Part shown: in pieces, positions 1-9,662 of the stretch
Layout of the letters: every line of letters begins with the position of its first letter
How positions within the stretch are numbered: position 1 is the stretch's first letter
NCBI GenBank assembly: GCA_022563595.1
Contig: JADFNB010000001.1
Coordinates: 65,416 to 129,415 of the forward strand
Origin: Gemmatimonadota bacterium
GTDB lineage: Bacteria > Gemmatimonadota > Gemmatimonadetes > Gemmatimonadales > GWC2-71-9
Length of the DNA stretch: 64,000 nt
Direction of reading: 5' to 3'
Notes under the pieces: generated by a model
Told to the model about the DNA's origin: nothing
What the model saw: the letters and a program-made list of their open reading frames with translations, nothing else
Databases searched by the model: none
Made by a program: the position numbers and the translations under genes

Positions 1-483
1 CACCATCCCCTGTCTCGGTCGTTCGCCGCCCCCGTCCCCGCCCCTGCCCCCGCCCCCGGCGTCATCTGTCTCGCCAGCCTCTTCCAGCACGACCTGCTCG
101 CGCGGCACGATCTGCCGGCCGTGGTAGTGCTTGACGGGACCGGTGACGAGGAGGAGTTGTCCCGGCTCGATCACGCGGTCAAGGAACGCCTGGCCAGGCC
201 ACGCGCACTCGATCACGCCGGAATCGTCCCGCAGGATAGCGCGGAAGATGCGAAGCCCTCGGCGGGTGGGAATGACGTCCTTGGAGACCACGCGCCCCAC
301 CAGGGTCACGTCCAGGCCTACCACCGCGTGCGTGATGGGCGTGACGTTGGTGGCGTCGAGGTAGCGGTGCGGCGTGTGATAGAGGAGATCTTCGACCGTG
401 TCCACGCCGATACGGGCGAATGCCTCGGCACGCCGCGGCCCGACCCCTTTGAGAAACTGGACCGGGGTATCGAGCCGGATCAT
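1..483 (-). CDS. recG: ATP-dependent DNA helicase RecG, N-terminal part (gene continues beyond the left window edge)
   Basis: Absent from the ORF track because there is no stop inside the window. My own minus-strand translation from the ATG at 481-483 gives MIRLDTPVQFLKGVGPRRAEAFARIGVDTVEDLLYHTPHRYLDATNVTPITHAVVGLDVTLVGRVV..., a typical RecG N-terminus/wedge region. The start overlaps the ftsY stop (ATGA). Confidence 0.7.
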   Translation of the reverse strand, partial: MIRLDTPVQFLKGVGPRRAEAFARIGVDTVEDLLYHTPHRYLDATNVTPITHAVVGLDVTLVGRVVSKDVIPTRRGLRIFRAILRDDSGVIECAWPGQAFLDRVIEPGQLLLVTGPVKHYHGRQIVPREQVVLEEAGETDDAGGGGRGGDGGGERPRQGMV

Positions 484-1403
484 CAGTCGGCGAGGAGCCG
501 CTCCGCGAACACGAGTGGCTCGAAATCCTCCAGATCCTCGAGCCGTTCGCCAACCCCGAGGAACCGAATGGGGACACCCAGCTCGCGCCGGATGGCGGCG
601 GCCGCGCCGCCCTTCGCCGTCCCGTCGAGCTTGGTGATGACCAACCCCGTCACCGGCACGGCCGCGGTGAACGCCCTCCCCTGCTGAATCGCGTTCTGAC
701 CCACCGTCCCGTCCAAGACGAGCAGGGTCTCATGGGGCGCACCGGGACGCCGCCTGCCTATAACGCGCACCACTTTCTTCAGCTCCTCCATCAGGTTGTC
801 CTGGGTATGGAGCCTACCGGCCGTATCGACCAGCACAACATCAATTCCGCGCGCTTCCGCCGCATCGATCGCATCGAACGCCACAGCCGCGGGGTCGCCT
901 TTGGGGCTGCCGGTGACGCACGCGACACCGAGCCGGTCCGCCCAAACCTTGAGCTGATCGCTCGCTCCCGCACGATACGTGTCTGCTGCGGCCACCAGGA
1001 CCGTCTTCCCGGCACCGAGCAATCGGTGCGCGACCTTCGCGAGCTGCGTCGTCTTGCCGACGCCGTTCACGCCCACGAATACCACGACAGCCGGCCCACC
1101 GGTAACGTCCAGGTCAAGCGCGCCGCCCCCGTCCGCGAACTGCTGCGCCAGCACCTGCGCCAGCCACTCGCGCATAGCATCCTCCGTGCGAATCTCACCA
1201 CGCCGGAGCTTCCCTTCCAGCGCTTCCACGATGTCGAACGCGGCCGCTCCGAGATCGGCCTCGAGCAGAATCCGCTCGATCTCGTCGAGCGCGTCGCGGT
1301 CGAGGCCCTTGACGAGCACCGCGACATCGCTGAGCGCGATGCGCTTGATCTGTCTCCACAGTCCGCCCTTCACGGTAGCCCCTGTCTGGTGCGCCACGCC
1401 CAT
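483..1403 (-). CDS. ftsY: Signal recognition particle receptor FtsY
   Basis: 306-aa ORF with an SRP-GTPase NG domain: GVNGVGKTTQLAKVA (G1), DTAGRLH (G3), TKLDGTAKGG (G4). Confidence 0.95.
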   Translation of the reverse strand: MGVAHQTGATVKGGLWRQIKRIALSDVAVLVKGLDRDALDEIERILLEADLGAAAFDIVEALEGKLRRGEIRTEDAMREWLAQVLAQQFADGGGALDLDVTGGPAVVVFVGVNGVGKTTQLAKVAHRLLGAGKTVLVAAADTYRAGASDQLKVWADRLGVACVTGSPKGDPAAVAFDAIDAAEARGIDVVLVDTAGRLHTQDNLMEELKKVVRVIGRRRPGAPHETLLVLDGTVGQNAIQQGRAFTAAVPVTGLVITKLDGTAKGGAAAAIRRELGVPIRFLGVGERLEDLEDFEPLVFAERLLAD

Positions 1404-3232
1404 TCACCCACCAGCGCGGCAATGACCACGACGAACAACCACCATCGGTCCCGGGCCCCGACGAGGAAGGACCGGGCACGGCCCGATCCTGCGCTGGACA
1501 TAGCGGTTACCGGTCCGGGGTGGAACTCCGGAGAATACGACTCTACGACCGCGACGCCCGACGCGCCCGTGAGACCCGGAACACGCCAGCGGTATGTAGC
1601 GGGCGGCAGGCGCAGGGTGGCGGTTCCCTCGTCGTCGAACCTGAGCGATACGACGAACGTCGAGTCGGGTCCCCGCATCTCGAGTTCCACATCGCGCCCG
1701 GGGCGCTCGCCGGACCACCGGAACAGGATCGGGTGACCGCGCAGAGTGGCATTCGTGGCGGATAGCGGGACGCGCCGCAGCAGCGCTTCGGAGGCGAGCA
1801 ACCAGTCGACGCCGGCGGCAAGCAGCGTGCGGTACGCCTCGCGGGACGCGCCGCCGCGGAACGCCCAGCGCCACATCCCGCCTGCTGCCGTGGTGATCTC
1901 ACGAACACCAGCCGAGTCATGTCCCACGATCACTGGCCGCTCGGCGCCACGCCGGCCGAGCCGCGCCGAGAGCGCCACCCACTCGCCTTCCACAGGCGCG
2001 ATCGGCACGATCCCGGTGAGGGGCGGCAGTGAGTCCCACTCCACGACGCCGAGGGGACCGGCGAGGGGCGAGGCGGGCACGCGGCGTACCGGATACCAGT
2101 CACCCCGGGCGAACCGAACGCCGGCGGCGCCCGACGGCCAGCGCCACCGCGGTCGCCGGGTGGCGGCCTCCGACCACCTCCCGCGGGTCACCAGGAGCGC
2201 CGCCGTCCGCGCCGCAGCCCGTAGCGTGGCCGCGCCCACCGGCTGCTGCGTCTCCATTTCGATCCAGCGACCGTCCCCGATCTCGCCGTACCCTCGCACG
2301 TCGCCACCGGTCACCTCCGCGAGTTCGCGCATCAAGAATCGGCCTTCCCAGTCTGCCGGGCTGGCCACGACCACGACCGCCGGCACCTCCGAGACCGTCA
2401 CGACGCGCCATCGCACGTCGTCGCGCTCCTCGGAATCGCCTGTAACGCTGAGGCCGACCCGAACGGCGTGGCTGCCGGACGCCAGCGCGCCGGGCGGAAG
2501 CCACACCGTGCGGCGCGCCGCCCCTGGCGGTGTGGGGATCGGAATCGAGCGTCGCAGCAGCACGCGGCCGGTCGCAGAGATCTCCAGTGTACCAACGGAA
2601 TCACTCAGGGGGCCCCAGGTCCCGATCTCGACGGTGATGGGAATGGAGTCTTCCTGCCGGACGCGAGACGGTATGACGACCTCGAGCAGCGCCGCATTGG
2701 GCACGGTGTCACGCACCAGCAGCACGACCGACGCATCGTCGCGGAGCGCGGCGGGCAGGGAAGCGTAGTCGGCGATCTCGCCATCAGTGACGATGTAGAC
2801 GGGTCCGCTGCGACCGGCGGCGGTGCGCAACGCCTGATCGACGAGCGTGAGGCCCGCCGTCGGCGGTGTGGTATCGAACGGGGCGACGCCGTCCCCAAAC
2901 CGCAGGATCACGCCACGGTCACCGGCAAGAACCCGTGCGGAGTCGAGCGCGGCGTCCCACCTACCCCCGGCGGCGGCCAGAGAGAGAGAGGCATCGAGCA
3001 GGACGGTCGGCGGGGCCGCTTCGCCCGGCCGCTCGCGCACCGGGTTCACGAGCAACAGGATCAGGGCGCCCAGCGCCGCGGTCCGGAGCGCCGCCAGTCC
3101 CCAACCCGCGAGCCCCAACCGCTCATGCGCGAGATAGACGAACCCCGCCACCGCAGCAGCCACCCCCACCCCCACCCCTACCAACGCTATTATGCCGAGC
3201 ACGCCAGGGCCTCGGCGAGCGTGAAGCGACAC
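1370..3232 (-). CDS. Membrane-anchored hypothetical protein (two N-terminal TM helices, large extracytoplasmic part)
   Basis: 620-aa ORF co-oriented with its neighbours. N-terminus GIIALVGVGVGVAAAVAGFVYL...LGALILLLVNP is hydrophobic. No motif I can name. The start may lie downstream of 3232, since the ORF overlaps the hisA-like gene by 43 nt. Confidence 0.55.
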   Translation of the reverse strand: MSLHARRGPGVLGIIALVGVGVGVAAAVAGFVYLAHERLGLAGWGLAALRTAALGALILLLVNPVRERPGEAAPPTVLLDASLSLAAAGGRWDAALDSARVLAGDRGVILRFGDGVAPFDTTPPTAGLTLVDQALRTAAGRSGPVYIVTDGEIADYASLPAALRDDASVVLLVRDTVPNAALLEVVIPSRVRQEDSIPITVEIGTWGPLSDSVGTLEISATGRVLLRRSIPIPTPPGAARRTVWLPPGALASGSHAVRVGLSVTGDSEERDDVRWRVVTVSEVPAVVVVASPADWEGRFLMRELAEVTGGDVRGYGEIGDGRWIEMETQQPVGAATLRAAARTAALLVTRGRWSEAATRRPRWRWPSGAAGVRFARGDWYPVRRVPASPLAGPLGVVEWDSLPPLTGIVPIAPVEGEWVALSARLGRRGAERPVIVGHDSAGVREITTAAGGMWRWAFRGGASREAYRTLLAAGVDWLLASEALLRRVPLSATNATLRGHPILFRWSGERPGRDVELEMRGPDSTFVVSLRFDDEGTATLRLPPATYRWRVPGLTGASGVAVVESYSPEFHPGPVTAMSSAGSGRARSFLVGARDRWWLFVVVIAALVGEWAWRTRQGLP

Positions 3233-3867
3233 TCGTGGAGCGCCCGCCCCACGATCACGCCCTCCAGTCCGAGCTGCCGCGCGCGCGCGATCTCGTCCAC
3301 GCTACCTACGCCGCCCGCCAGAATGATCCCGGCCCCCCGGCCGACCAGGCGCACGGCGCCTTGGAGATCAGCACCCACGAGCGTACCATCACGATCGAGG
3401 TCGCGGTACACAATCGTCGTAACGCCACAGGCCACCACGCGATCCACGATCTCTTCCGCACTGCCGGCTACGGTGCCCGAACCGAGCCGGGCGGTGGGGA
3501 GGCCGGCGCGGACCTCGAGGTTCACGCCCAGGCGCTCGGGACCGAGTTCGCGTGCCAGTGGAGCCAGTCCCGCGATCAGTTCGGTCCCTACGATCACGCG
3601 TGCAACCCCCCAGCCCGTCGCGGCGCGCGGCAGTGCCGGATCGCTACAGCCACCGCCGAGTTGCACCCGCGCGCCCGCTATTTGCGCGATCTGCCGAATG
3701 GCGGCTGTGTTGTCGCCGCGGCCGAACACGCGATCCATGTCCACGACGTGGAGCCACCGCGCGCCGGCACGGCACAACGCGGTGGCCTCAGTCACGGGGT
3801 CAGCCGAACCGGCTGAGCCGCGGGCTACTCGACCACCCTCGATGTCGATGGCGGGATAGATCTGCAC
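3190..3867 (-). CDS. hisA: HisA/PriA-family (beta/alpha)8 isomerase (ProFAR isomerase-like)
   Basis: MQIYPAIDIEGGRVAR at the N-terminus and YRDLDRDGTLVG later. These are the two catalytic-Asp regions typical of HisA/HisF-family barrels. Confidence 0.7.
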   Translation of the reverse strand: MQIYPAIDIEGGRVARGSAGSADPVTEATALCRAGARWLHVVDMDRVFGRGDNTAAIRQIAQIAGARVQLGGGCSDPALPRAATGWGVARVIVGTELIAGLAPLARELGPERLGVNLEVRAGLPTARLGSGTVAGSAEEIVDRVVACGVTTIVYRDLDRDGTLVGADLQGAVRLVGRGAGIILAGGVGSVDEIARARQLGLEGVIVGRALHECRFTLAEALACSA

Positions 3868-3900
3868 GGATTGGGCATACCCGGAAAGGACGTCGAACGA

Positions 3901-5157
3901 TCAATCCACCGGTACCGAGCGGTCAGCGGAAGCGCGTCCCAACAAGCGGTCGAAGCGCACGCGCAGCGCGTCGAACTCCGCGCGGCGGGCCGCGGGCACG
4001 GGCTCGCCGTCACCGAGATCCACCCGGCGCGGGTTCAAGTACCGGCCGTTCTTCAAGAACTCATAGTGCACGTGCGGCCCGTTGGCGAGGCCGCTCATGC
4101 CCACGCTGCCGATCCACTGACCCTGGCGCACGCGCACGCCGGGGCGAATGCCCGGTGCCAGCCGTCGCATGTGACCGTATCGCGTCTCGATCCCTTTGGG
4201 GTGCCGGATCGAGACCATGATCCCATACCCACCCCAACGACCGGCCCGCGTGACCGTGCCGTCACTGGTAGCCTCGATCCGCGTACCCGTTGCCGCCGCG
4301 TAGTCGACGCCCAGATGGGCACGCCGGGTCCGCAGCACCGGATGGAGCCGGCTACCGAAGCTCGACGAGATGCGCCGATACTGCACCGGATACATCTTGA
4401 ACGCCCGCCGCAACGACCGGGCGTGCTCATCGTAGTAGACGTTCCGGCCCGCCTCGTCGGTCATGACGTAGGCGGTGTTCTCCGGTCCCCTGGTCTGCAC
4501 GCTCGCCGCTAATACCCGGCCGTACCGCGTCTCGCCGAGTGATGAGGTCAACCGCTCGTAGAGTACGACGAAACGATCGCCGGGATAGATGTCGCGGAAG
4601 AAATCGATCTGCCAGCCGTAGATCTCGTCGGCGAGGTTCCAGACGAGGAGCTCCCGGTCACGAAACGGGAGGATCGAATCGGGAATGGCCCGATGAATCG
4701 CCTCATTGAGCGTGGATTCGATCGCGCCAGTGACCCGCTTGGTGTGCACCGTCCAGGTGATCTTCTCGGACAGCGCGCTCCAGCGCCCGTCGTCCGTCCG
4801 GTCGAGCCGCAGGAACTCCTCGTCACGCAGCCGCACGCGCACGCGATCGGGCAGCGAGTCCCCCACCGGATAGCGGAACTCGAAGACCGTGTTGGGACGC
4901 ACGCGACGCGGGTTGACGCCGTCCATCTGCGCGAGAAGGTTCACGAAATCCGCGCCGACGATCTGCTGGCGCGCAAACACTTCCGACAGGGTCTCGTTGC
5001 GGCGGATGGTATCGGCGACGTCAACGAACGCGCGGGTGACGACGATGGGAAGAGCGACCGGGACCCTCCCCATGGACCAGGCCTTACCCCCCAACCATGC
5101 AACGGCGCCCACGAGCGTGGCACCGGCCACGCCGACTCGAACCACGCGCCGCAGCAT
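3901..5157 (-). CDS. M23-family metallopeptidase (murein DD-endopeptidase-like)
   Basis: HLGVDYAAATGTRIEATSDGTV...GYGIMVSIRHPKGIETRYGHM...GMSGLANGPHVHYE is the HxxxD ... HxH M23/LytM signature. An N-terminal TM helix is present. Confidence 0.9.
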   Translation of the reverse strand: MLRRVVRVGVAGATLVGAVAWLGGKAWSMGRVPVALPIVVTRAFVDVADTIRRNETLSEVFARQQIVGADFVNLLAQMDGVNPRRVRPNTVFEFRYPVGDSLPDRVRVRLRDEEFLRLDRTDDGRWSALSEKITWTVHTKRVTGAIESTLNEAIHRAIPDSILPFRDRELLVWNLADEIYGWQIDFFRDIYPGDRFVVLYERLTSSLGETRYGRVLAASVQTRGPENTAYVMTDEAGRNVYYDEHARSLRRAFKMYPVQYRRISSSFGSRLHPVLRTRRAHLGVDYAAATGTRIEATSDGTVTRAGRWGGYGIMVSIRHPKGIETRYGHMRRLAPGIRPGVRVRQGQWIGSVGMSGLANGPHVHYEFLKNGRYLNPRRVDLGDGEPVPAARRAEFDALRVRFDRLLGRASADRSVPVD

Positions 5158-6305
5158 CAGTCCATCTGCCGCCGGATGAAGGTAGGGATCTCCATTTCCG
5201 AGACGTCACCCGCCTCGCCTTCAGCGGGAGCGGCCGGCTTGGGTTGCGGGGTGACCGGCCGGCTGACCCGCGGCTGCGTGCCGCGCTGCGGGAACGGGAG
5301 CACGCCGGGTGTCGCCCGACCGAACGGGCCTTTGCCCTGCGCGGCCTGTTTGTCGAAGCCGGTGGCGATCACCGTCACACGCACCTCACCCGCCATCGCC
5401 GGGTCGTGCACGGCTCCGAAGATGATCTCCGCCTGATCGCCGGACGCGTCGTGGATCACCTCGGAGATCTGGTTGACCTCGCCGAGCGTGAGGTCCTCGC
5501 CGCCAGTGATGTTGACCAGCACGCCGGTCGAACCGTTGATCGAGACCTCGTCGAGCAGCGGGCTCGAGATGGCCTGCTGCGCCGCTTCGAGCGCCCGGTC
5601 GTCACCGCGACCGATACCGGTGCCCATGAGTGCCGACCCGCCGTTCTGCATGACCGTCCTGACGTCGGCGAAATCGACGTTGACCAGCCCGGTCACGCTG
5701 ATCAAGGTAGAGATCCCCTGCGTCGCGTGCAGCAGGACCTCGTCAGCTTTCTTCAGCGCCTCCTGAAACGGAACGTTCTTCCCGACGACCGCCAGCAGGC
5801 GCTCGTTAGGCACCACGATCATCGTGTCGACGTGCTTCCGCGTCTCCGAGATGCCGATCTCGGCCTGGCGCATCCGCCTGCGGCCCTCGAACAGGAACGG
5901 TTTGGTGATGATGCCTACCGTGAGCGCGCCGACATCCCGCGCGAGCTGGCAGATGATCGGTCCGGCGCCTGTACCCGTACCCCCGCCCATCCCACAGGTC
6001 ATGAACACCAGGTCCGCGCCATCAAGAGCGCGCAGCACGTCGTCCCTGTTCTCTTCGATCGCCTGCCGTCCGATCTCCGGCCGCGCGCCGGCGCCCAGAC
6101 CGCGGGTGAGCTTCTTCCCGATCTGGATCTTGACATCGGCCCGGTTGTTCAGCAGTGCCTGCGAGTCCGTGTTGACCGAGATGAACTCGACGCCACTCAA
6201 CTGTTCGTGGATCATGCGGTTCACGGCGTTGCCGCCACCGCCGCCGACGCCCACGACCTTCATGCGAGCCTTCTGTGAGGTCGTCTCCTCGAGTTCGAAC
6301 ACCAT
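5157..6305 (-). CDS. ftsZ: Cell division GTPase FtsZ
   Basis: GVGGGGGNAVNRM and the tubulin signature GMGGGTGTGAGP. The C-terminal tail ends EIPTFIRRQ. Confidence 0.98.
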   Translation of the reverse strand: MVFELEETTSQKARMKVVGVGGGGGNAVNRMIHEQLSGVEFISVNTDSQALLNNRADVKIQIGKKLTRGLGAGARPEIGRQAIEENRDDVLRALDGADLVFMTCGMGGGTGTGAGPIICQLARDVGALTVGIITKPFLFEGRRRMRQAEIGISETRKHVDTMIVVPNERLLAVVGKNVPFQEALKKADEVLLHATQGISTLISVTGLVNVDFADVRTVMQNGGSALMGTGIGRGDDRALEAAQQAISSPLLDEVSINGSTGVLVNITGGEDLTLGEVNQISEVIHDASGDQAEIIFGAVHDPAMAGEVRVTVIATGFDKQAAQGKGPFGRATPGVLPFPQRGTQPRVSRPVTPQPKPAAPAEGEAGDVSEMEIPTFIRRQMD

Positions 6306-6323
6306 AGGCCGTTCTCGTCTCGC

Positions 6324-7583
6324 TTAGAAGAAGTCCTGGAGCCAGCGCTTGACCGGCCCGAAGATCCGCCCGACCGCCACACCACCATCATGTGCTCCCA
6401 GTACCCGCTCCCGCGCCGCCCAGAGTGCCAGGCCGACCGGGACAGCATAGCGCGGCGACTGCACACTGTCGATGAGCCCGCCGATCCCCTGTTCGGGCGT
6501 ACCGACGCGCACCGGCATCGCCAACACCTCGCGTGTCAATTCAATGGTGCCAACAAGTTGCGCGCCACCCCCAGTGAGGATCGCTCCGGCGGCGAGCCTG
6601 CCGACGTACCCGGAACCCTCGAGATCCTGCTGCACCAGACCAAGGATCTCGTCGATCCGCTGATGAATGATATGCGCGAGCAGCTCACGTTTGGTCCGGC
6701 GCTGCCCCTGCCCCGGAGTCCCGGGCAGCTCGATGGTCTCGTCCGGATCAACCAGCGGTGCGTACGCCACACCGTATCGCTCTTTCAGGCGCTCGGCATC
6801 GGCCTGCGTGACCCCGAGTCCCTGCACTATATCGTTCGTCACGTGCGAGCCGCCGAACGGCAACGACCCGTAGTGGCGGATCTTACCGTCTTTGAAGATC
6901 GCCAGGCTGGTCGATCCGCCACCCAACTCGACGAGCACACACCCCAGTTCACGCTCCTCGGCGGTCAGAACGGCGAGGGAGGCGACCAGCGGCTCGAGCG
7001 CCAACCCCGCGACGCGATACCCCGCCCGCTCGACGGCCCGGCGCAGGTTCTGCGCGGCCGTACTCTGCATCGAGACGAGATACATGTCGACTTCTAACCG
7101 CAACCCCGTCATGCCGACCGGATCGGAGATCCCACCCTGGCCGTCGACCTTGTACTCCTGCGGGATGTTGTGCAGGAGTTCCCGATCGGCGCCTAGGGTC
7201 ACCGCTCTCGCTCCGTCGTCCACACGATTCACGTCGGCGCGGGTGATCTCATCGCCCGTCACGGCTCCCAGTCCGACCTCGTTACGGGTCTCGACGTGCT
7301 CGCCGGCAATGCCGCATAACAGGGCGTGGCACTGCACACCGGCCATGCGCTCCGCGTCGCGCATCGCCTGCTCAATGCTACGCACCGTCTCCTCGATATC
7401 GCGTACCATGCCGCGCCGCACGCCCGTGCTCTTGGCAACTCCGACTCCCAGCACCTTGACGCCCGGGCTACGGGCCTCGCCTGTCGCCTCGCCAATCACG
7501 GCACACGTCTTGGCACTTCCGAGATCCAAGCCGGCGATCAGCCGGTCACGCCTCACGTACGACTCCGCCGCGCCACGACCCAA
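6324..7583 (-). CDS. ftsA: Cell division protein FtsA
   Basis: Actin-like ATPase fold motifs (LDLGSAKTCAVIGE, VELGGGSTSLAIF, ILTGGGAQL). Located directly upstream of ftsZ. Confidence 0.95.
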   Translation of the reverse strand: MGRGAAESYVRRDRLIAGLDLGSAKTCAVIGEATGEARSPGVKVLGVGVAKSTGVRRGMVRDIEETVRSIEQAMRDAERMAGVQCHALLCGIAGEHVETRNEVGLGAVTGDEITRADVNRVDDGARAVTLGADRELLHNIPQEYKVDGQGGISDPVGMTGLRLEVDMYLVSMQSTAAQNLRRAVERAGYRVAGLALEPLVASLAVLTAEERELGCVLVELGGGSTSLAIFKDGKIRHYGSLPFGGSHVTNDIVQGLGVTQADAERLKERYGVAYAPLVDPDETIELPGTPGQGQRRTKRELLAHIIHQRIDEILGLVQQDLEGSGYVGRLAAGAILTGGGAQLVGTIELTREVLAMPVRVGTPEQGIGGLIDSVQSPRYAVPVGLALWAARERVLGAHDGGVAVGRIFGPVKRWLQDFF

Positions 7584-8233
7584 CCCGCAAACCGCGCATC
7601 CAGTTCCGCGGCGGTATCGCCCACCGCCTCCAAGTGCCGCTGCACCGCACCCACCGCCTTGATCTCATCAGTTGTAGGCAGCATCCGCAGGAACACGCGT
7701 TGCCATCCCAAGTCGAGCGCGACGCCGTCTTCGCCGGCTGCACGTGCCCAGTTGACGTTCCGGTACATCGTCAAGTCGCTCGCGCGGACGATACACAATG
7801 TGCGCACCAACCTCCGATCGGCACGCCCGACCAGCGGCAGGTCGAGCCCGCCCCGTGTCGGATCGTACGGCAGCGGGCGCGCGTCGCAGTCGAGCGGGAT
7901 CATGCCCGTCGGGCCGGATACGAAGGCCGCCGGCACCCGCTCCACCAGGGTCACGCGCAGCGTACCCGGCAGCCGCCGCTCGATACGCGCCTCCACCACG
8001 CCCGCCATGCCTTGCACCCGGCGAATCGCTTCCCCCACCGGATCGAACAGATTTTGATCCGGCTGCAGCGCCAGGGCATCGAGTACCCGTTCTGCCGCGA
8101 GATAGCGCAGGCCGACCAGCTCGACCTGCCGCACCCGAAAAAACGGGATCTGGCGCAGCAGCAACGGCGCCGTCACCGCCAGCGCACCCGCGGCCGCAAC
8201 GGCCCCGATCCACACCGCGATCCTCTGATTCAC
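7553..8233 (-). CDS. ftsQ: Cell division protein FtsQ (POTRA domain)
   Basis: N-terminal TM helix followed by FFRVRQVELVGLRYL (POTRA start). Located between murC and ftsA. Confidence 0.85.
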   Translation of the reverse strand: MNQRIAVWIGAVAAAGALAVTAPLLLRQIPFFRVRQVELVGLRYLAAERVLDALALQPDQNLFDPVGEAIRRVQGMAGVVEARIERRLPGTLRVTLVERVPAAFVSGPTGMIPLDCDARPLPYDPTRGGLDLPLVGRADRRLVRTLCIVRASDLTMYRNVNWARAAGEDGVALDLGWQRVFLRMLPTTDEIKAVGAVQRHLEAVGDTAAELDARFAGWVVARRSRT

Positions 8234-9609
8234 GTCGCCTCGCCCCGCAACTGTCGCAGCAGTTCGGGACCGACGCCGGTTATGTCACCCGCGCCGAGCG
8301 TCAGCACGACGTCACCCGCGCGGACCAGGCTGGCAAGTTCGCCGGCCAATGCCGCCCGCTCCGCAACCCAACGCGTCTCCGCCCCCGCCCGCTCCGCCGC
8401 CCGCATCACCTGCCGCCCCGACACCCCGCGCACCGGAGCCTCGCGCGCGGCGTAGATCTCGGTCACGACCACGACGTCCGCCAGCGCGAGCGCGACCCCG
8501 AGGGCTTCTCCGTGCGCCGCGGTGCGCGAATACAGGTGCGGCTGGAACACCGCAACCAGGCGCGCCGCCGGAAACCGCTGTCGGGCGGCCGCAAGCGTCG
8601 TCGCGACCTCGGTCGGGTGGTGCGCGTAGTCGTCGACCACCGTGATACCGCGCGCTTCGCCCACCACCTCAAACCGGCGCGACACGCCGCGAAACGCCGC
8701 GAGTGCCTCAGCGGCCGCCTCGACATCACCATCGAGGCTCCCCACCACGGCTAGTGCCATGGCGGCGTTCCGCACATTGTGCAGCCCGGGCACGCTGAGC
8801 CGCAGCGCGACTCTTCGGCCGCCCGCAATCGTCACCGCCGCCCGGGTGACCTCACGGTCCGGCACGATATCGCTCACACGCACGTCGGCGTCGGCATGGA
8901 GGCCGACACGCCATACCGGCCTGCCGAGCGCGTCCGCCACCCGCAACGCACCCCCGTCATCGGCACTGACGAGCACCCGTTCGGCATGTCCCGCGAACTC
9001 AACGAACGCGCCCTCGAGCGCCTCTACGGTACCGTAGCAGTCGAGGTGATCGGCCTCGACGTTGTTGACGACCGCTACATTCGGCCGCAGCACGAGAAAC
9101 GCGCGATCGTACTCGTCCGCTTCGACGACGAACCATGCGTCGCCGCCCAGGTACGCGTTCCCACCCCACGCCGCAACCCGCCCCCCTACGAGACCCGTCG
9201 GCCGAAAGCGCGCGGCCGCGAGCGCGTCAGTCGTCATGACGGTCGTAGTCGTCTTGCCGTGCGTTCCGCCGACGGCGACGACCTGCCCGTGCGCAACGGC
9301 CTCCTGAAGCGCTTCGGCCCGACGCATGACGGGAATCCCCGCCTTGCGTGCCGCACGCAGCTCCGGATGATCGGCCGGCACCGCCGCCGTATAGACGACG
9401 GCACGCGCGTCCGTTACGTGGCTCGGGTCGTGCCCGGTCCGTATCTCAGCACCAGCTCGCGCGACATCAGCCGCGCCCGCAGGATCGGTATCACATCCGG
9501 TGACTGTCACGCCACGGCGCCTAGCCATGAGCGCCAGGGCACTCATCCCCGCGCCAGCTATCCCCATGAAGTGGATCGGTCGGGGATCATCCGAGGCAAA
9601 CAGCAGCAT
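8230..9609 (-). CDS. murC: UDP-N-acetylmuramate--L-alanine ligase
   Basis: IHFMGIAGAGMSALA and VGGTHGKTTTT, the Mur ligase P-loop. Position in the dcw cluster fits. Confidence 0.95.
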   Translation of the reverse strand: MLLFASDDPRPIHFMGIAGAGMSALALMARRRGVTVTGCDTDPAGAADVARAGAEIRTGHDPSHVTDARAVVYTAAVPADHPELRAARKAGIPVMRRAEALQEAVAHGQVVAVGGTHGKTTTTVMTTDALAAARFRPTGLVGGRVAAWGGNAYLGGDAWFVVEADEYDRAFLVLRPNVAVVNNVEADHLDCYGTVEALEGAFVEFAGHAERVLVSADDGGALRVADALGRPVWRVGLHADADVRVSDIVPDREVTRAAVTIAGGRRVALRLSVPGLHNVRNAAMALAVVGSLDGDVEAAAEALAAFRGVSRRFEVVGEARGITVVDDYAHHPTEVATTLAAARQRFPAARLVAVFQPHLYSRTAAHGEALGVALALADVVVVTEIYAAREAPVRGVSGRQVMRAAERAGAETRWVAERAALAGELASLVRAGDVVLTLGAGDITGVGPELLRQLRGEAT

Positions 9610-9662
9610 TGGTTGGGCAGCAAAGATAAGATCAAATCACCATTTACGAAAGACTTACGCGA

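Noticed and set aside
2468-3859. 463-aa plus-strand ORF. Similar cases are 732..1736, 5097..6278, 17285..18511, 38855..40054 and 48377..49303.
   Set aside because: All lie antisense to genes with unambiguous identities (ftsY, hisA-like, ftsZ, ftsI, ileS, ftsH) and have no recognisable motifs. I treat them as shadow ORFs.
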